From Bugula neritina (taxonomy: Eukaryota > Animalia > Bryozoa), in the NCBI GenBank assembly GCA_964035545.1, contig OZ037767.1:24630628-24694627 (forward strand): a DNA stretch of 64,000 nucleotides, given 5' to 3'. The position numbers and the translations under genes were made by a program. The notes beneath the pieces were generated by a model, which was not told the DNA's origin, made no database searches, and was given only the letters and a program-made list of their open reading frames with translations. The stretch's first letter is position 1. Every line of letters starts with the position of its first letter. Of this stretch, positions 12,301-26,899 are shown in pieces.

Positions 12301-13086
12301 ATACACAGGCAACCATACATTATAAACAATGCGTATCATTTTCTTAGGCTTATTTATGGGAGGACAACAAAGCTGTAGTCGAGTGGCTCCAAGATCAACT
12401 AAGGGAGGATAACAAGGACTCCTCCATCAAGCAGAATTGTCATTGCGTGAGCCAAGACTACAAGAGTCAACAGATTAAACAGTGAGTCTTCCGTTGAATG
12501 TAATCAACACTTGGCTTCCTTGTGTTCTCATCAGAGTATAAGAAAACTTGCTATAGTTTATAGTCTCCTCATCCCTGTGAGAACTTCTAATGAAAAGGGG
12601 TTTTAAGCGGGCTAGGCCCTTGTTTTCTGTTGTGGCAAAGGAGCAATTATGACTGAATTCTCTTTCTAACAACACCAATAGCCTTTGCGGGGATTCACAC
12701 CACTGACCTTGTTTTTACTAGGCCAGTGCTCTAACAACTAGACCATGACTTATCCATATCATAGTATAAGACATTGCTAAATATTGGTTGTGTATTCTAA
12801 AATAAATAGTTTCTGTGATGAAAAATATGTTTGTTTTGGTAATTAACCATCTCTTATATCATCATACATAGTAAATATAAATGCTACAATACAGCATAAT
12901 ATGCTGTAACTTTTTAAATATTTTCCTAAAACTCTGTGTATACTATAAATTTTGTATTTCAGACTTTTGGAAGGAAACCCCCGCTTAGCCATGGACTCTT
13001 TAGCTCACATGGCATCGATTATGTCTACCAGTGAAAGAAAAGAGTTGTCTTCTCTACTCAGTAAATTTGACGATGCATCAAGTTAA
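3311..13086 (+). CDS. ACACA: Acetyl-CoA carboxylase, 3' part (central domain and carboxyltransferase); 5' exons lie upstream of the window
   Basis: Phase-consistent GT-AG exons: 3311-3448, 3614-3818, 4093-4191, 4509-4727, 5086-5175, 5548-5720, 6105-6291, 6549-6666, 7050-7150, 7338-7542, 7832-8011, 8343-8551, 8890-9033, 9442-9591, 9752-9923, 10124-10243, 10725-10902, 11014-11155, 11435-11560, 11865-12035, 12348-12481, 12963-13086 (TAA). Hallmark motifs: [89 protein letters not shown]. Confidence 0.97.
6262..6456 (+). repeat. 39-bp minisatellite (~5 units, last degenerate) spanning the ACC exon end and 5' splice site
   Basis: Units start at 6262, 6301, 6340, 6379 and 6418; consensus ttactagtcagcacaccctacatgaccaaggtaagacaa. 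Confidence 0.92.
7550..7563. promoter_or_regulatory. RFX X-box consensus match GTTACCATAGCAAC in an ACC intron
   Basis: Match to the 14-bp X-box consensus; function untested. Confidence 0.4.
12556..12746 (-). mobile_element. tRNA-derived SINE-like element (degenerate) in the last ACC intron
   Basis: Minus strand begins TGGTCTAGTTGTTAGAGCACTGGCCT...GGTGTGAATCCC (Pol III A/B-box-like); the body shares TCATAATTGCTCCTTTG and GTTCTCA with the copy at 20408. Confidence 0.6.
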
Positions 13087-13944
13087 AGCTTCTATGCCTC
13101 TCAATAGATTACTCTTACTGACCTCTTCCCAGTTAGGATCTCTGTTTCGGCACTACCTACCTCTCTTTGATTGTTACTCCGGTTGATTTCTTTATTTATA
13201 TCCCAACTGTTTGCTGTGTGCTCACAATTATACTACTATTGGTTAGTAACACGAGATATTGTTTAGTGTTATTTATAGTAGTACCAGTAATTTTGCTGGA
13301 AGTTTTAATGCCTACTAAATAAGTGCTTTCTGGATCAACTTTAGGTGTGATTTCCACCACTGCTATATTTGGTGCCAAAATGATGAGGGTTAGGTTTTAT
13401 TTGTAATTTAGTTTTGTCTACAATTATCGAAGAAGGTGTCTTTACTCAAATTAGTACAATTATTTCACTGGAGCAGCTACTCTTTTTCTGCTAAGTTTCT
13501 AGGATGATTGCCTTTACAATGCTGTGTTACAATGTCCCAAGTTAATCATAAAGTGGGTAGAGTTTATTTATATGTACATTATCTTACAAGTTATTGACAA
13601 GAGCCAACTATTTGACAATAATTCTCTCCATATAGAACGTTATATATATATCGGCATTAGATAATATAATACAACATAACATTTTTTTATCAATATTGTG
13701 TATTTATGTGTTATTTGTGTAATCTTTTTGTAAGTAATATAATGTGTTGATTTGATCAGGTTTTATTGTATTTTCAAATTTTATTATAAAAATATTGCAT
13801 AAAAATCATGAAATAGTTATAACATCTTGTAAAAATCACCAACAGACAAGGTAAACATAGATATTTATAAAGTTGCAAACTAGTTAAGAAATTATAAGTT
13901 TTATTGAAGATAGTGGGGATTGCTTAGGTCATCGCATGGAGAGA

Positions 13945-14046
13945 TTATTTTGTGGGCTGTGTTTTCTTGACTGGAAGTCTCCTTTTATCTAAACTGCCCA
14001 TTAATCTAAAACAAAACTTCAATATAAAGGGACTATAATATGTTTG

Positions 14047-14135
<89 letters not shown>

Positions 14136-17100
14136 CAGTATATAATTTTATATGAATACGTATTCAACTATAGGAAGCTGTTATATGCTGTCTACTGACC
14201 TTTCATAAGACTCCCTTGGCCATTTAACATAGTATGAAAACACCCAAGGCTTTGTGTAAGCCTGGTTCTTCTTGATTGTTTCTAAATGCTTCTTCTTTTC
14301 AATGTTTTGCTGTCTTAGTTCCATCAGACGTCGTCGTCTTTCTTCAATCTCTTGTCTCATCTTCTCTTGTGCTTCAGCTTCTAGTCTTTTCAACTGTAAA
14401 ACCACCAATTGTCTTCTTCATTCACAACTATATATTTACGTTGCCTGTTACATTTATGTATGCTTAGCTGTTACATGGCAAAAGCTGGTATACTCAAAAT
14501 ATGTCTTAGGTTATGTAATTAAAAGTCCTTGTTTAAAGATGAGCCGATATAGTTATTTGCACATTATTAGCTTCAACATACACTGAAGCTAGTAATTGAT
14601 CTAGTCACATGTACACTAAGCGACAAGAAAAACTGGTGTCTAATTGGTCACATGTACACTGACTTGACATGCTGAACAAGCAGGTGTCTATTTAGTCGCA
14701 TGTAGTATGTGTCAACGATCAGGTGTCAAACCTCGAGAATCCGCTGACGTTCAGCCTCCCTTTCTTGCTCTTCTTCCAATAACTTGAGCTTTAAATCCTC
14801 TTCAATCTTTCTCTGCTCAGCTTCAACTTGAGCTTTTCTTGCATTTTCTAACTCCCGAAGATTTTGCTTCTTTAGCTCCAACTCCCTTTGTTGCCTTTCT
14901 GCCTCCATTCTCTCTTCTACTAGTCTGGCCATTGCTTGTTCTTCAGCCTAAATATGAGAGATGAGAAAACTCTAGCAACACCACTTGCTTCAAATAATAT
15001 TCAAAAATTATACAGTAAAAAGTACATAATTATGGTGTATATAGCTATTAATTTGAATTTAAGTAAATATTATTAATCACAAGCTCATAGGACACCATGG
15101 ATATTTTTTCTAAGAAAAAGTTAATAATTTCTCAAAATAAAACTAAAAATAAATGAAATTGCTTATAAAATAAGTAAGAGAGAAAACTATTGGCTGAAAG
15201 TGATGACTCAACACTTGGAACTGCTAAAAGTTTGTACTATTTGATAACCCAATCTTAACAGTCATCAGGCCTTATTTTGAGGTGCAAACATAAGTAGTTA
15301 TGCAACTCGTGTTACCTCTCTTTCAATATTTGCAATTCTAGCCTCTTCTTCTTCGGCCTTAAGTCGTGCAAATCTTTCCTCTTCCTGAGGAAAGGCAAAT
15401 GATACAACACCAAATAATATTCACACAAACAATACTTGGGTGCAATTTATATAAGATTCTTACACAACAATGACTCGTATACTAAAGATAGCCGAGTGTA
15501 ACTGTGCGCTGTAATGACAGATAGCATACGACTGCAGGTAGCCACAACTCCCAAATTGGGTTTTTCCAAAATATTGCACAGGATTTGACAATAGAGGACT
15601 CAGAAGTATTGCTGGTAATAGGAGTACTTTGGATAAAAGTGCAAAAGGTTTAAAAACATATTTGTGAGGCTTACCGTGATCACACAAACTAGAGAAGTGT
15701 ATATTAAAAAACAAGAATAGAGAAAGAAAGGTGCGCATACATAAAACACAATATAATAATTTTACAAAGTTGGTGCTTAAAAACAAAGAAAAGATATTAT
15801 TGATTATTACCATCAATTTAGCTTGCATTTTCCATTCCTCTTCCTCCCTTCTTCTACTCTCTTCTTCTCTCAGTCTACGCACAGTCTCGGCATCAGATAT
15901 TTTCTCCAGCATATCAAGTTCTTTTTGTCGAGCTGCGTCTTGCATTTTCTTCTGCTCTTCTCGCCTAAGTAGACATGTTATCTCCTCTTTATCAACTCTT
16001 ATGACCGATACTATTACTGATAGTTAGTGTTGGTAATACAAGTACTTGTAGTGAGAAACTCCTATTCAATGAAAGCACAGGCTGGTTCAAACAAACTGAA
16101 TGACTCATTATTGACATTTATAAACTAAAATGCAGTTTACGTGCAATTGAATTTGTCTAACATTTGGAATCATCATTATTCTTTTTTGTAATAATCATTA
16201 TTTTGATGTATAGAGATTAGTTGATGGCGGTTGGTAACATAGATAGTATAAAAATTAAAATAAACTTGAAAATAAAAAGAAACTGTAACACAAACTAACC
16301 AATATGTAACAAAATACAAGGTGTAAAAATTCAGGGTGCAAAATTGTTCAAACTTTGTATCAGTTCCAGATTAAATTATAAAACATATATTTTATAAAAC
16401 TTGTCGCCACCTACCACGAAGAACCGTGTTGCGTTTTATTGAGATATCTAAAGAACAGTTTCAAATATTTTAATTATCTCAATACAAATTCCAATTAGAA
16501 GTATTATATGCAGTTGATTTTAGCCTGGGCTCAGTAAAACAAAAGTTTACACATCAACAGGATATGCGGCTAAACACAACACCCAGCCACAATTGTTCTC
16601 ATGCTCTACCAGGTCACAAACTCATTGCCAACTTGAAATAAGGTTCAAGTAGCCAATTTTCATATTAGACAGTTTAAATAGAAGATGTTAAAGTTATAGC
16701 TACAGCTATACAGTTTACATTTCCTAAGGTATATCATTGACACATATACTGTAACCCCACTATAGTGTATTTAACTCACAGCTGTGCAAGCTCTACTAAA
16801 ATATTATTGCAACTTTATACATATGCAGCCATAAATTTAAAATTAAGAGAACATTCCTGTGTAAGTAAGATATCGAATTATGAGGTAGGTGCACTATTAG
16901 AGAAAATATAAAAGCCTGCATGTGTTCTAGAGGAAAAATATTGCAAGATGTAGGTATTATGTTCTCATAAGAATTTCAATCTTTTCCTTAAACCAAAATT
17001 TATAAACTACAATTAAAGATACTAGGCTCATTGATAAAAGTCTTGGTGTTTAGAAATCTGTGAAAAGCTATAATTATGACTATCACAGCAACTTGAGTTG

Positions 17101-20100
17101 TTTAAAACTTCAACTCCACTGCAGCGGGTTAGACTGGACTGCAAATGACAGGTAATATAATATGTAGATCTCGAATAATACAGATCACCATGTTTTATAT
17201 CTCATAAAAGAGATTTTAACCAGTCATCTAAATACCACTGCTTGGCATTGCAATACCTTCTAATAGCTTCTTCCTTTCTCCTCTCTAACTCTTCCTTCCG
17301 CCTTCTTTCTCGTTCCTCTTTTGCCAGACGTCTAGACTCGGCCAGAGCCACCCTCGCCATCTCCTCCTGCTGCCTAGCTTCCTCGGCTAAAGCATGTGCA
17401 TAATCTTGCTTTTCTTTCATTTCCTGTATCAGCCATAGGAGTTTGTGAATAATATTATTAGCCGTGAATTTCAAAAATATGATATCCATTATATCTCTTA
17501 AAATCAAAATTTCTTTTTCCTCAAGTAGCACAGAATATATTGGAAGAATCTGGTGATAATTGCAGATTTATCAGGTCACATACCCTTAGTTTTCTCTCCT
17601 GCTCATTATGCAAGGCTTGCCTTTCTTTGGCTTTAATCAAAATTTGTTCTTGTAATGCTTTCTTCTCTGCCATTCGGCGTTCATGGTCTAGTTTCTTAGC
17701 TTGGCGTATTCTCTCTTTCTTTTCTATCAGTTCCTTCCTATGTTGGCAAATGTATATCGAATATAATCACCATTCAGTCAATGCAGTTAAATATATAATT
17801 ATAACTACTTTTAAATTTATTTTGGAGTTGTCTCCAGATATGAAAATTTTCATCAGTAGTGGGTGTAGAGTCCATAAATCGGTCAATCAAAAATCAACAT
17901 GGCTTTAGCGCTCAATTGTTAGAGACAATTATGTAACTTGACATAATATAACAGGTATGAGTATCATATATGTATGCAGAGTAGCCTACAGCAAAATATG
18001 ATATATTAACAAAGAACCTTTTGGCTTTGGCATCATCTACCACTGTTTCCGGCTCAGATTCTTTAAGAGTTTTCTTCTTTGTCTTTGTCTCATTAGCTTT
18101 TAATGTCTTATTGTCTTTAGGTTTTTTCTCCTCTCCTTTGAGGGCTGCCGGTGATTTGGCAGCGAGATTTTTGGCAATTCCTACAATTAAAGTTATAATT
18201 TTGCAACTTGTATTGCAGAAATTATAGATAGTCATGCAATTTCATCAGAAGTGCATGGCTACTTGACTAGAAATTTTGTTTAAAGCAATTAAAGTGCAGT
18301 AATAAAAGCATGTCGAATATATATTTGATTTGGTTACAGTTACTGTGTATTTTATCAATAGTGTGATAAAAACCAAGTGTAAGTGGGATATATTTTGAGC
18401 ATATGTAATGTAAATTTTCCTGAAGGGCTACACTTTATAAATAAACATATAGCCTGCTCAATTTAATTTTTTATGTAATGAAAAAACGAATTATAATATT
18501 TAATATATGTTTCATCATTATGTAATAGTTAATTAGTTTTAAATAAATTCATTATATTATTTTCAGATGCATTTTATACCACGGTGAAGAATTAACATGC
18601 CAATAATAAGGTTAGAATTATTGCAGAACCAATTTAGTTAGCAGTGAAGAGTGAGCCTTTATCTATTGCACACCCAAGCCAACCTTATTAGACCATGTAC
18701 CACCAGTTTACAGTAATAGCCAGAGTCTGCTTTAACAAATTGGCTAGCAGTAGATTTAAAGTTGCATAGAAACCAGCAAAGGATCACAAGTTTCTTGACT
18801 TTATATTAAAATATTTTGCTGAAGTAGGTGCACATTTATAGTAATTTAGTGTAATGTAAGTTTTCATAAGCTCGCAAAAACATTGCAAAGGCACATCAAA
18901 CTTGAAACATCAAACCATGAATTGGAAACCTAAGTTAACCGTACCAGGTAGGACTTGTTAGTTATCACTAATAGCATAAGTATATTATTTCTCAACATTT
19001 TACTGCTGTTATAAGTAATATGGATATCATAACTACAGCAGCTTGACTACTAGCAACACTCAACACATCGCATTTCCTTGAGCTAACAGCGCAAAGGTAT
19101 CTTTCTATACTAATGTCAGCAACACCTTCTTAGTAGACATGAGATGAGTAGATGTAAGAGCTAACATCAGCAGTGCAGGAGTAGCTTTTATACTAGCTTC
19201 AGCAGTAATGCAATAAGAGTAATGAAGTGCAAATTGAAAGTGCAGTAGATGTAAACGCTTCGGTATAGTTAAAGTATATGCTAGTATAAACACGGAGCAA
19301 CCATTTCAGTTAATATGGAAGCTTCTATATTTATCAGAGCAAAAGCATTGAAAAAGTTTAAATGCCCGAGTGCCATTTTTAGGGACTTTTAAACCTAAAG
19401 AATGAAATGCTGCAAGAAGATGAGCTTTTAAACACAAGATTGACTAGATGATTGTTTAGCTGCATCACTGTCGGGAGGCGTGACTTCAGTTAATAGTTCC
19501 TACATGTTAATATTTTCTCATAACAGCTAACAAACTAACACTCCAATAGTCATAACAAACAGCTTTTAATTTAGCATTAAATTACACGAGCTTGTCTTAC
19601 CTCTGTTAGGTTAACTCAACATTGAGCTGCTGTGACAGATAAACAACACTAAGAACAATGCATAATAAAAACACAAAGAATATATATAAATTAACTCTTT
19701 GTAGGAAAAAAAAATATAACAAGCACACGTATAGTTTTTCTGAAGATATAATGCATGCATGTGCTAAAACTAATATGTATGAACAAAGTTTAAAATTCAG
19801 CAACATTGACTTTTATAATTGAGAACGCACAATATTATAGAACTTATTAGAGCTGAAAAGATTTGAAAAACAGGTATGAATGACTAATTGCTATTGTTTC
19901 ATTAACCCAAGAATAATACAAAAAAATGGTTGTTACATAAGAGAGTAAGAATGAGGTGAAGGTTACCTTTCTCAGCTTCCTCTAGTTTCTGACGCAACAA
20001 TTCTTGGGCCAATTCCATTTCCTCGGCTGTCAGGCCGCTTTCATCAAACTCATCTGCCAAGTTACTGGCCATCATATCTTGCACTGTAATGATAATACGG

Positions 20101-23100
20101 CTCAAGTTATTAAGTTTATTGGACCAGTTTAAACAGTTTGTAGCACACTAAATACATGCAAATACATCATAAAACGCGCTTTAAATAATATGTCTTTGAA
20201 GTAGGTGCAATAATAGAGAAATTGAGGAAAGCATGTGTTATAGATTAGAAAGAAAACAAAAAGAAGTTATGTTCTCATTGTAATTTCAACTTGGGCAAAG
20301 ACTAAAATTCACTAAGAAGATTAAAGAACTTAAACGATCTTAAATTCTCCACTACTGCACCAAAATGCAGTTTTAAAAAAAAGCCGAGAAGAGAGCAGCT
20401 TCGATCTGGTGGTCTAGTATGCACTGTGCAACGGGTCCAAAACCCGGCAGCCTTATTAGTGATGTCAGGAAAAGCACCCAATCATAATTGCTCCTTTGAA
20501 CAGGGCCCTTAACTTTTACCATCAGGGGTTCTCAAAGAGATAGAGAATCTAAACAATCATGGGTTTGTTACAAAATAAATATTCAACTAATCAATGTCTG
20601 GGCTTACCTTCTTTTGGGTCTTTCATTAAAGCTTCTAATACTTTCTGGTCTTCAACCTGCAGCTGCTCAGCTCTTTTCAGAGCCTCCACGTCTGCTTCTC
20701 GCACCTTACTTTGTGGCCTTGGAGTTTCCTGGATATGCTACACGAGATATGAGAACACATCTTTTAAATCAGATTCAGCTTATTTATGTAGCGTTTCTAT
20801 GAAATTAAAAGCTACAGTGTTTTCACTTTTCAATAGGTAATAAAGAATTGCATGAAGTTGGTTCTCTTAGATTATATACATATTGCAATAACATAGTTTA
20901 TAAAACAGAAAAAGTGTTTGTATGTACATCTTGCCATCGACTCACGTATATAATTTCTGGTTTAGGTTTGTCTGCCACCGGTTCTGTCACTAGCTGCGTA
21001 ATATCTAGTTGAGGTCCAGCATCTAGAACTGTGGATGTGGTCGGGTGGGTGGGGGTAGCAGCCTGAGGCTTTTCATCTAACCTCTTCAACGGTTTCTTTT
21101 TTTCAGCTTTGTCTTGTATCTTGAAGAAGCGTAAAGTATAAAACTTAAAATAATTTATTGGCATGTAACATCTTCTATTTAGCAAGTACAGTAACGTATC
21201 AACAATAAAGTTAGCATTTTAGCCAATATAACTGATAAGAATTTGGGTTAAAATGATCGATTCCATGTGAAAAAAATAAAGTGTTTCTACAGCCAATGTC
21301 TGTTTTGTAGGGACTTTTGCTAACTTGATGCACAAACTTAAGGGAAGGCACATTTCCGAAAGGTTATTTATTTAAAGTTTAAAATATCTGCCATAAATCT
21401 GCAAGAAATGGTGTACAAGTATAGGTGAAAACGAATATTAGCAAAAAGTTACACAGAAAGCTACAAAAACAATGAGAGCCTTTCACCTGAATAGATATTG
21501 TAGATTGAAATTTTTCTAAGATACTTTGGGTTAGAGGGTCATTTTTCACATCAACCTTGTTATGCGAGGTGCCTTTAGGTGTTGTTACTTTAAGCTGTGT
21601 TGCAAATCATATAGGCTAACAATATGGTGAGTGTTGGTGCACACACAAATGCTGTTCACACACAAAACTTTGTACACAGAATGGCTAATTGGTAAAATTA
21701 CAATTAGCAAAACACATCTATAAACATGATTAGTGGTAGGCAAGTCTAATAACTTGTAAGTGATTAGTAAAGTTACATACAAATAAAGCATTTAGCGGAC
21801 AGGTTAAAAATTGTATACCAGAATGCAGTGTATTCTGCTAACCTGACTAGTCTACAAACAGAGTTTGCTTTACGTAAATATGATATGAAAGCTGTCAGTA
21901 AATTATTTTCAAAAACTCTAAAGTGCAGCCAAAACTTAAAATAAATATTTATTGAGGGACAAGATTACATTGTTTTTTAATAAAAGCTAACATCATCTTA
22001 TAAAACAAAATTTAACCAGTATGACAAAAGGTAATACTTTAAGGCAATATTCTGTCATGGACAGTAATGCCTACCTCTGGCAACTGCACGGTTTCCTTTT
22101 CACTGTTGGTTACCTTCACTTCTGACTGAGAACTTCTGTCGGCTGGCCGAAGTATCGGCTCTAAAGTCAAGACAGACGTTGAGCTGGTGCTTGTCTTTCT
22201 GGTACTTGAGTACTTTGCTGCTTTTGAAAAAGAATTGTTTTTAATTGATTGTTTTATATAAATAAAACCATAAAAGCTCCTTACTTTGCAAAGGCAATTT
22301 TTAAATTACGATGAAATGTCATATTTGGAGTTTAATAAGATAATAAACTCAGAACATACCTGAGGTGTGGCTTTCATCAGATAGAGGTCGGGAAATCGGG
22401 CTAGGAGTACGCCTGTCATCAGATTCTGATGATAAACTCTCTTTTGTAGCCAATTCTGGTAGATGTGTATTTATTTTATTAGAAACTGCTGGCTTTTCTG
22501 GTGTAGCAAGTTTTCCATTTATTTTACTAGGTTGTGTTTTTCTCCCTTTGGTACCCAAAACAACTGAAATTTCAAATGACTCATCATTGCCAGAAGAAAA
22601 CTCATCTTCACTTTTACTGGAGGTTTTAGTTTGGCCAGCAGACGTATCATTTGTCTCACTGTGTCGGCTGCTGTAGGATGATGAACTGAAACGCTCTTTT
22701 GAACGTGAAACTGATTTTTCTGATGACTTGTCACTCAACTTGTCGCTGGCGCTGCCTGAAGTCAGAGCTGTCGGTTTAATCTGGGTGTCTTCTATGTTGA
22801 AGGTAGAATTGCTAGCTCCAGGTCGCAAAGTGAATTCCGGAGTCATAGGCAAGCCAGAAACTTTAAAACCTTGCGCCACGTCTGGTGTATTGGTCAAGTG
22901 TCTACAACATTGTCACAATGAGTAAAATTCTCATGGAAATATTTAAAAAATAGAAATTATAAACAAGCCTTCAACTTCTACGAATTTGTATCACAAAACT
23001 AATAATCAACTATGCATGTAAAAAGAGCTGGATAAGTGATAACTAATTCCTGAAGTGCAATTATATACATTTATTTCTGTACTTTTAATTAATTAGCCAG

Positions 23101-26100
23101 ACATTGCACAGTATAACCTCAGTAGCATATTTTCTGATGAGTTACACCATAAACATTATGAGCACATTAGAGTTTCCTACGTGATTGTGACAGTTTAGAT
23201 TATTATGATAATCAATAAAAAGCAATCAGAAGAAACTGCATTATGCTCCTACCTAGCTTGTTCAATGCTGGTCGGGTTTACAATGCCAACTTCTGATTGG
23301 TCGACATATACTTCTAAGGTATTGGGTAATTCATCAACATTCAGAACTAAAAACAAAAGTTATATGAAATGCAAAAACTTGTTTAACAAAACTTATAGAA
23401 CAAAACACACTATTTTATTATAAACTCTGCATTTATTACATAAATGCTATCATGATTGTGCTGCATACAGCATAAGCTGAGCTTACCATTTTTAAAATAT
23501 TCCCCTTCGAGATCACTATCTGGTTCTGAAACATATCATAAAGTATTGCCAAACACATGGACACTTCAATAAAGAGTTCAGAATTATAAGAAAATGATAT
23601 TGCTCCTAAAGCAGAGCCATGTGAAGCGAGTGTACTTTGATATTATATATTTCATATTCAATTATGGATAGCATAAACGTTTTTTTCTGTACAGATCTGT
23701 TGAATACACATTTTCTCAGGTTGCAGAACTTAGGTATTAGAAAGCACCATTCTGTACTATATAATACAAACACAGATTAGTGTGTGTAATGACTAGTTTT
23801 ACATATACATGCCATGGGATGACAACTACAACAGAGACAGCATAGCTGAAGCCACTGACCAGGTCCTGACAACTCCTGAGGCAGTGGAATATCCACCTCC
23901 TCATACAAAGTTGGGTCATCAATGAGTGACCCACTGGTAGCAGCAGATACTCGACTGTCTGAGCGCCGGTGACCAGTGCGCGCAGAGCTAGTCACGCTGA
24001 CGCTGCTGACAGACTTGGGACGTCTGCTGTCAGTCTGTGTGTCTGTTTGTCTATCAGACGCCATGCTGGCACTTCTGCTGACTCGCTTGCTGCCAACTTC
24101 CTGTTTGTTATCTGCCTCATGCATAGCTTCGTCACCAGCCATCGATGTCTGGTTAGCATTTGGCCAAGTGAAATGTGTGCTGAACGGTGGGTTTGTGCAG
24201 TCAAACAAGGATACAGTGGGATCTAATGCTAAAACAATGTGCAGCTACAATATTTATCTTACTAAATGTGACAATATATATGCTAACTGTGCAAAATTCA
24301 AGTTGAATTATGATAAAATTAGTAAGCTAAATACTGAAATAAACCGATTATACTATAGCTAAACTTCTTTAATGTGCAGCACTGAGGCTAAGCTATACCA
24401 ACATATTGTTATGTTTATGAGAAAGAGAAAACATCAATAATATATTACTAGTAATTCAATTGATATATAAAGTCTGCAATAACTGCTTTCTCATCTATTC
24501 ATTTGTTCAAGTACATTGCCACCTAATTCTTAGCAACTCCATTGCAAAGTATAAATTCTGATTACTCTTTAATATTCAGCGAATGCATACAATACATTTG
24601 TTTACAAAGAGTTGTTCCTCACTTGGATAGAGAATCTTCCGGCCCATGTATGTATCCGATTTGAGAGATGCAGTAAGTTTGGCACTGCTGAGCACATGAG
24701 AAGACCTAGTAGCTGTTGTACTCGGTCTGCTGCTGCTGCTGCTAGGTGTAGCGAGAAGGGCATCTATTTCATCAACGATTTTGGCAGTAGCTATGTCAGA
24801 TAGTTTCCTAAAAAGCCATAAACATAGTATGCTAAACCTAACATAAGAATTTGAATAAAATAGCATCAAATAGCAAAGTTTATTATTAATTTTGTTTAAC
24901 AGGCCGTTTCAACAGCCTTGAAAATATGAAAACAGCCACAAGCCACCAGCTTTCAAGTTTTAATCCAACTTACAAAAAATCTTTAATGGTTTGTTTTTTA
25001 CAGTGTATATGCAGAGCATAGAATTTATAATAATTATTTTCGTGGAACAATGTCTCACTCTAAAATTGATATAAGCATTAAAATATAATGTTATTTGCCA
25101 TCAAAAACCACATTTATTGATAAAATAATTTAGAGATAATGGTTTGATAGTGGTATAATTCAGTCTATCCATTGCAATCAACTCATTGAAGAAATTGAAC
25201 TCTATACACAAAGATTTGATCCTTTGATTCTTTGTGTAACGCTACTTGCTTCTTGGCCACTAATTGTATTTTCTAAACAAGCATTAGGTATACAAACACA
25301 GGTTTAAAATATAGGCATAATGCACTACTTATGAGAGGTTTTACATGCATGAGTATGTCATCTTAATATAATAAACATCACCACGTACATAGAGCTGTGA
25401 TGTGTGTACATATCACTACTCATTTCTAAACTACTAACCTGCAACATCAGCTAATAATATGCAATGGGAATTATCTTACCTGGCGTGAATTCTTAGAGCT
25501 CTGAGGTAGAAGGCAAGATCACAACCAGGCTGCATTTTCTGTTTATACAGGATGTTGTCTAAAGTTCTTAAAAATCCCATAAATACTTGATTCTGATTGT
25601 CGGACACACTAACTTCTGGATCTGGAGCCTATGGGCACGTACATAATATATATCAGAATACCCGCAGTGATTGCAGTCGGTGACAAGCACTCAAGCTAAG
25701 TTTAAATATAACTATTTTATTAGCAGACTAAAGGCAATACGGTAGTCCATCACACAAAATATATTTAAGCAATTATTTAAACAATAATTGTTTATGAATC
25801 TAATGCTTGTGCACTCAGAATTTTGTGCAAAACACAGCAGTAAATGAATTAAACTAATTTTATTATATGGTAGTGTGTGTCTTCTATATTGCAATACTCT
25901 TTTAGCACAAATTCTTACCTCAGTATCGTTGAGAAACAAGATGGAAGCCACCAGACGTCTGACATTCCCTAATTGTTCTAGCATCTTAGCCACATTTTCG
26001 GCTCTCTTAGCCTTTTTACTGGATACATTTGTTTGTTTATCATCTTCAGAACTGAATAATACTAAAGCTCCTGTGTAAAGAAATACACTTCGTGTTGTTG

Positions 26101-26559
26101 AAACCAAAATAAACTTGTAATTAATCTTTGTATCAAATTATTTGATCAAAATTGAATAGAAAATAATAGACATGTACAATTTAATAAAAGTAATGTTGAC
26201 CTTTTCTAGTAAGATAAGTCTTTGGCATATGAATGCATCCACTGGCTTCTTCTACAGTGACAACACGAGGTCTAGATGAATGATCCCTCTTTATGGTCAC
26301 CCCATGTTTATGACTAGCTGTTTGTAATATAGGAAGACAGTCGGTATCCTGGAAAAGATGGTTCATACTGATACCATTTAAAATAAATATATAACATTTT
26401 TAGTATATAGCGTTTAAAAAATAGAAACCATTTCACTTTAATGCTTTCTGACATTTTGATAAAAATAGGTTATGTAAATACTATTTAACTTACTTCTGGC
26501 ATCTTAAAAGTAGTAGAGCCATCCCAAGTCCCATATCCTTGCGAGAGCGTACTTAGCAT
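13945..26559 (-). CDS. KIAA2012: KIAA2012-like protein: conserved N-terminal motif, long Ser-rich disordered middle, Glu/Arg/Lys-rich coiled-coil C-terminus
   Basis: ATG at 26559 (MLSTLSQGYG); MPKTYLTRKGALVLFS across exons 26201-26348 and 25919-26070, and C-terminal TKPWVFSYY, resemble remembered KIAA2012 motifs (PKTFSTRKGALILYS, RPWVYSYF). About 20 phase-consistent exons. Probable last exon 13945-14005; the unspliced alternative stops at 14181. Confidence 0.78.
14054..14131. repeat. (TA)n microsatellite, ~39 units
   Basis: Uninterrupted TA run in the probable last intron of the KIAA2012-like gene. Confidence 0.98.
20408..20555 (+). mobile_element. Second degenerate copy of the tRNA-derived SINE-like element
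   Basis: tggtctagt...gggtccaaaaccc head, then tcataattgctcctttg and gttctca shared with the 12556-12746 copy. Confidence 0.55.
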
Positions 26560-26899
26560 ACTATTTTATTTGAGTATGAAAAATCTATTTTATTAAAAGA
26601 ACAAAAGAGTGTTAATAAAACTTTAGATCAATTTTCAAGTGTAAAACTAAATTTGTGAACTGTCACCCTCTCTGTGGTAATGTTTGACGTATAGTATAAT
26701 GAGCATACACTAAACTTTGCAGTTCTAGATCTATGGTGAAAAATTTAATATATATGTAGAAAAAAAAGAACAAAAAATATACTAATATAAAAAGTTTGCT
26801 ATTGGCTAAAGTAACGAACAATCACAATAATGATCAAAGTGTGCGATTATAACATAGTATTATCACAAAGGATTTACTAAAACACACAACAGCCTGCAC

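Noticed and set aside
18945-19630. Possible 9-nt microexon (18945-18953) and other exon-like bits in a long KIAA2012-like intron
   Set aside because: Poor acceptor context or in-frame stops; the flanking exons already join in phase.
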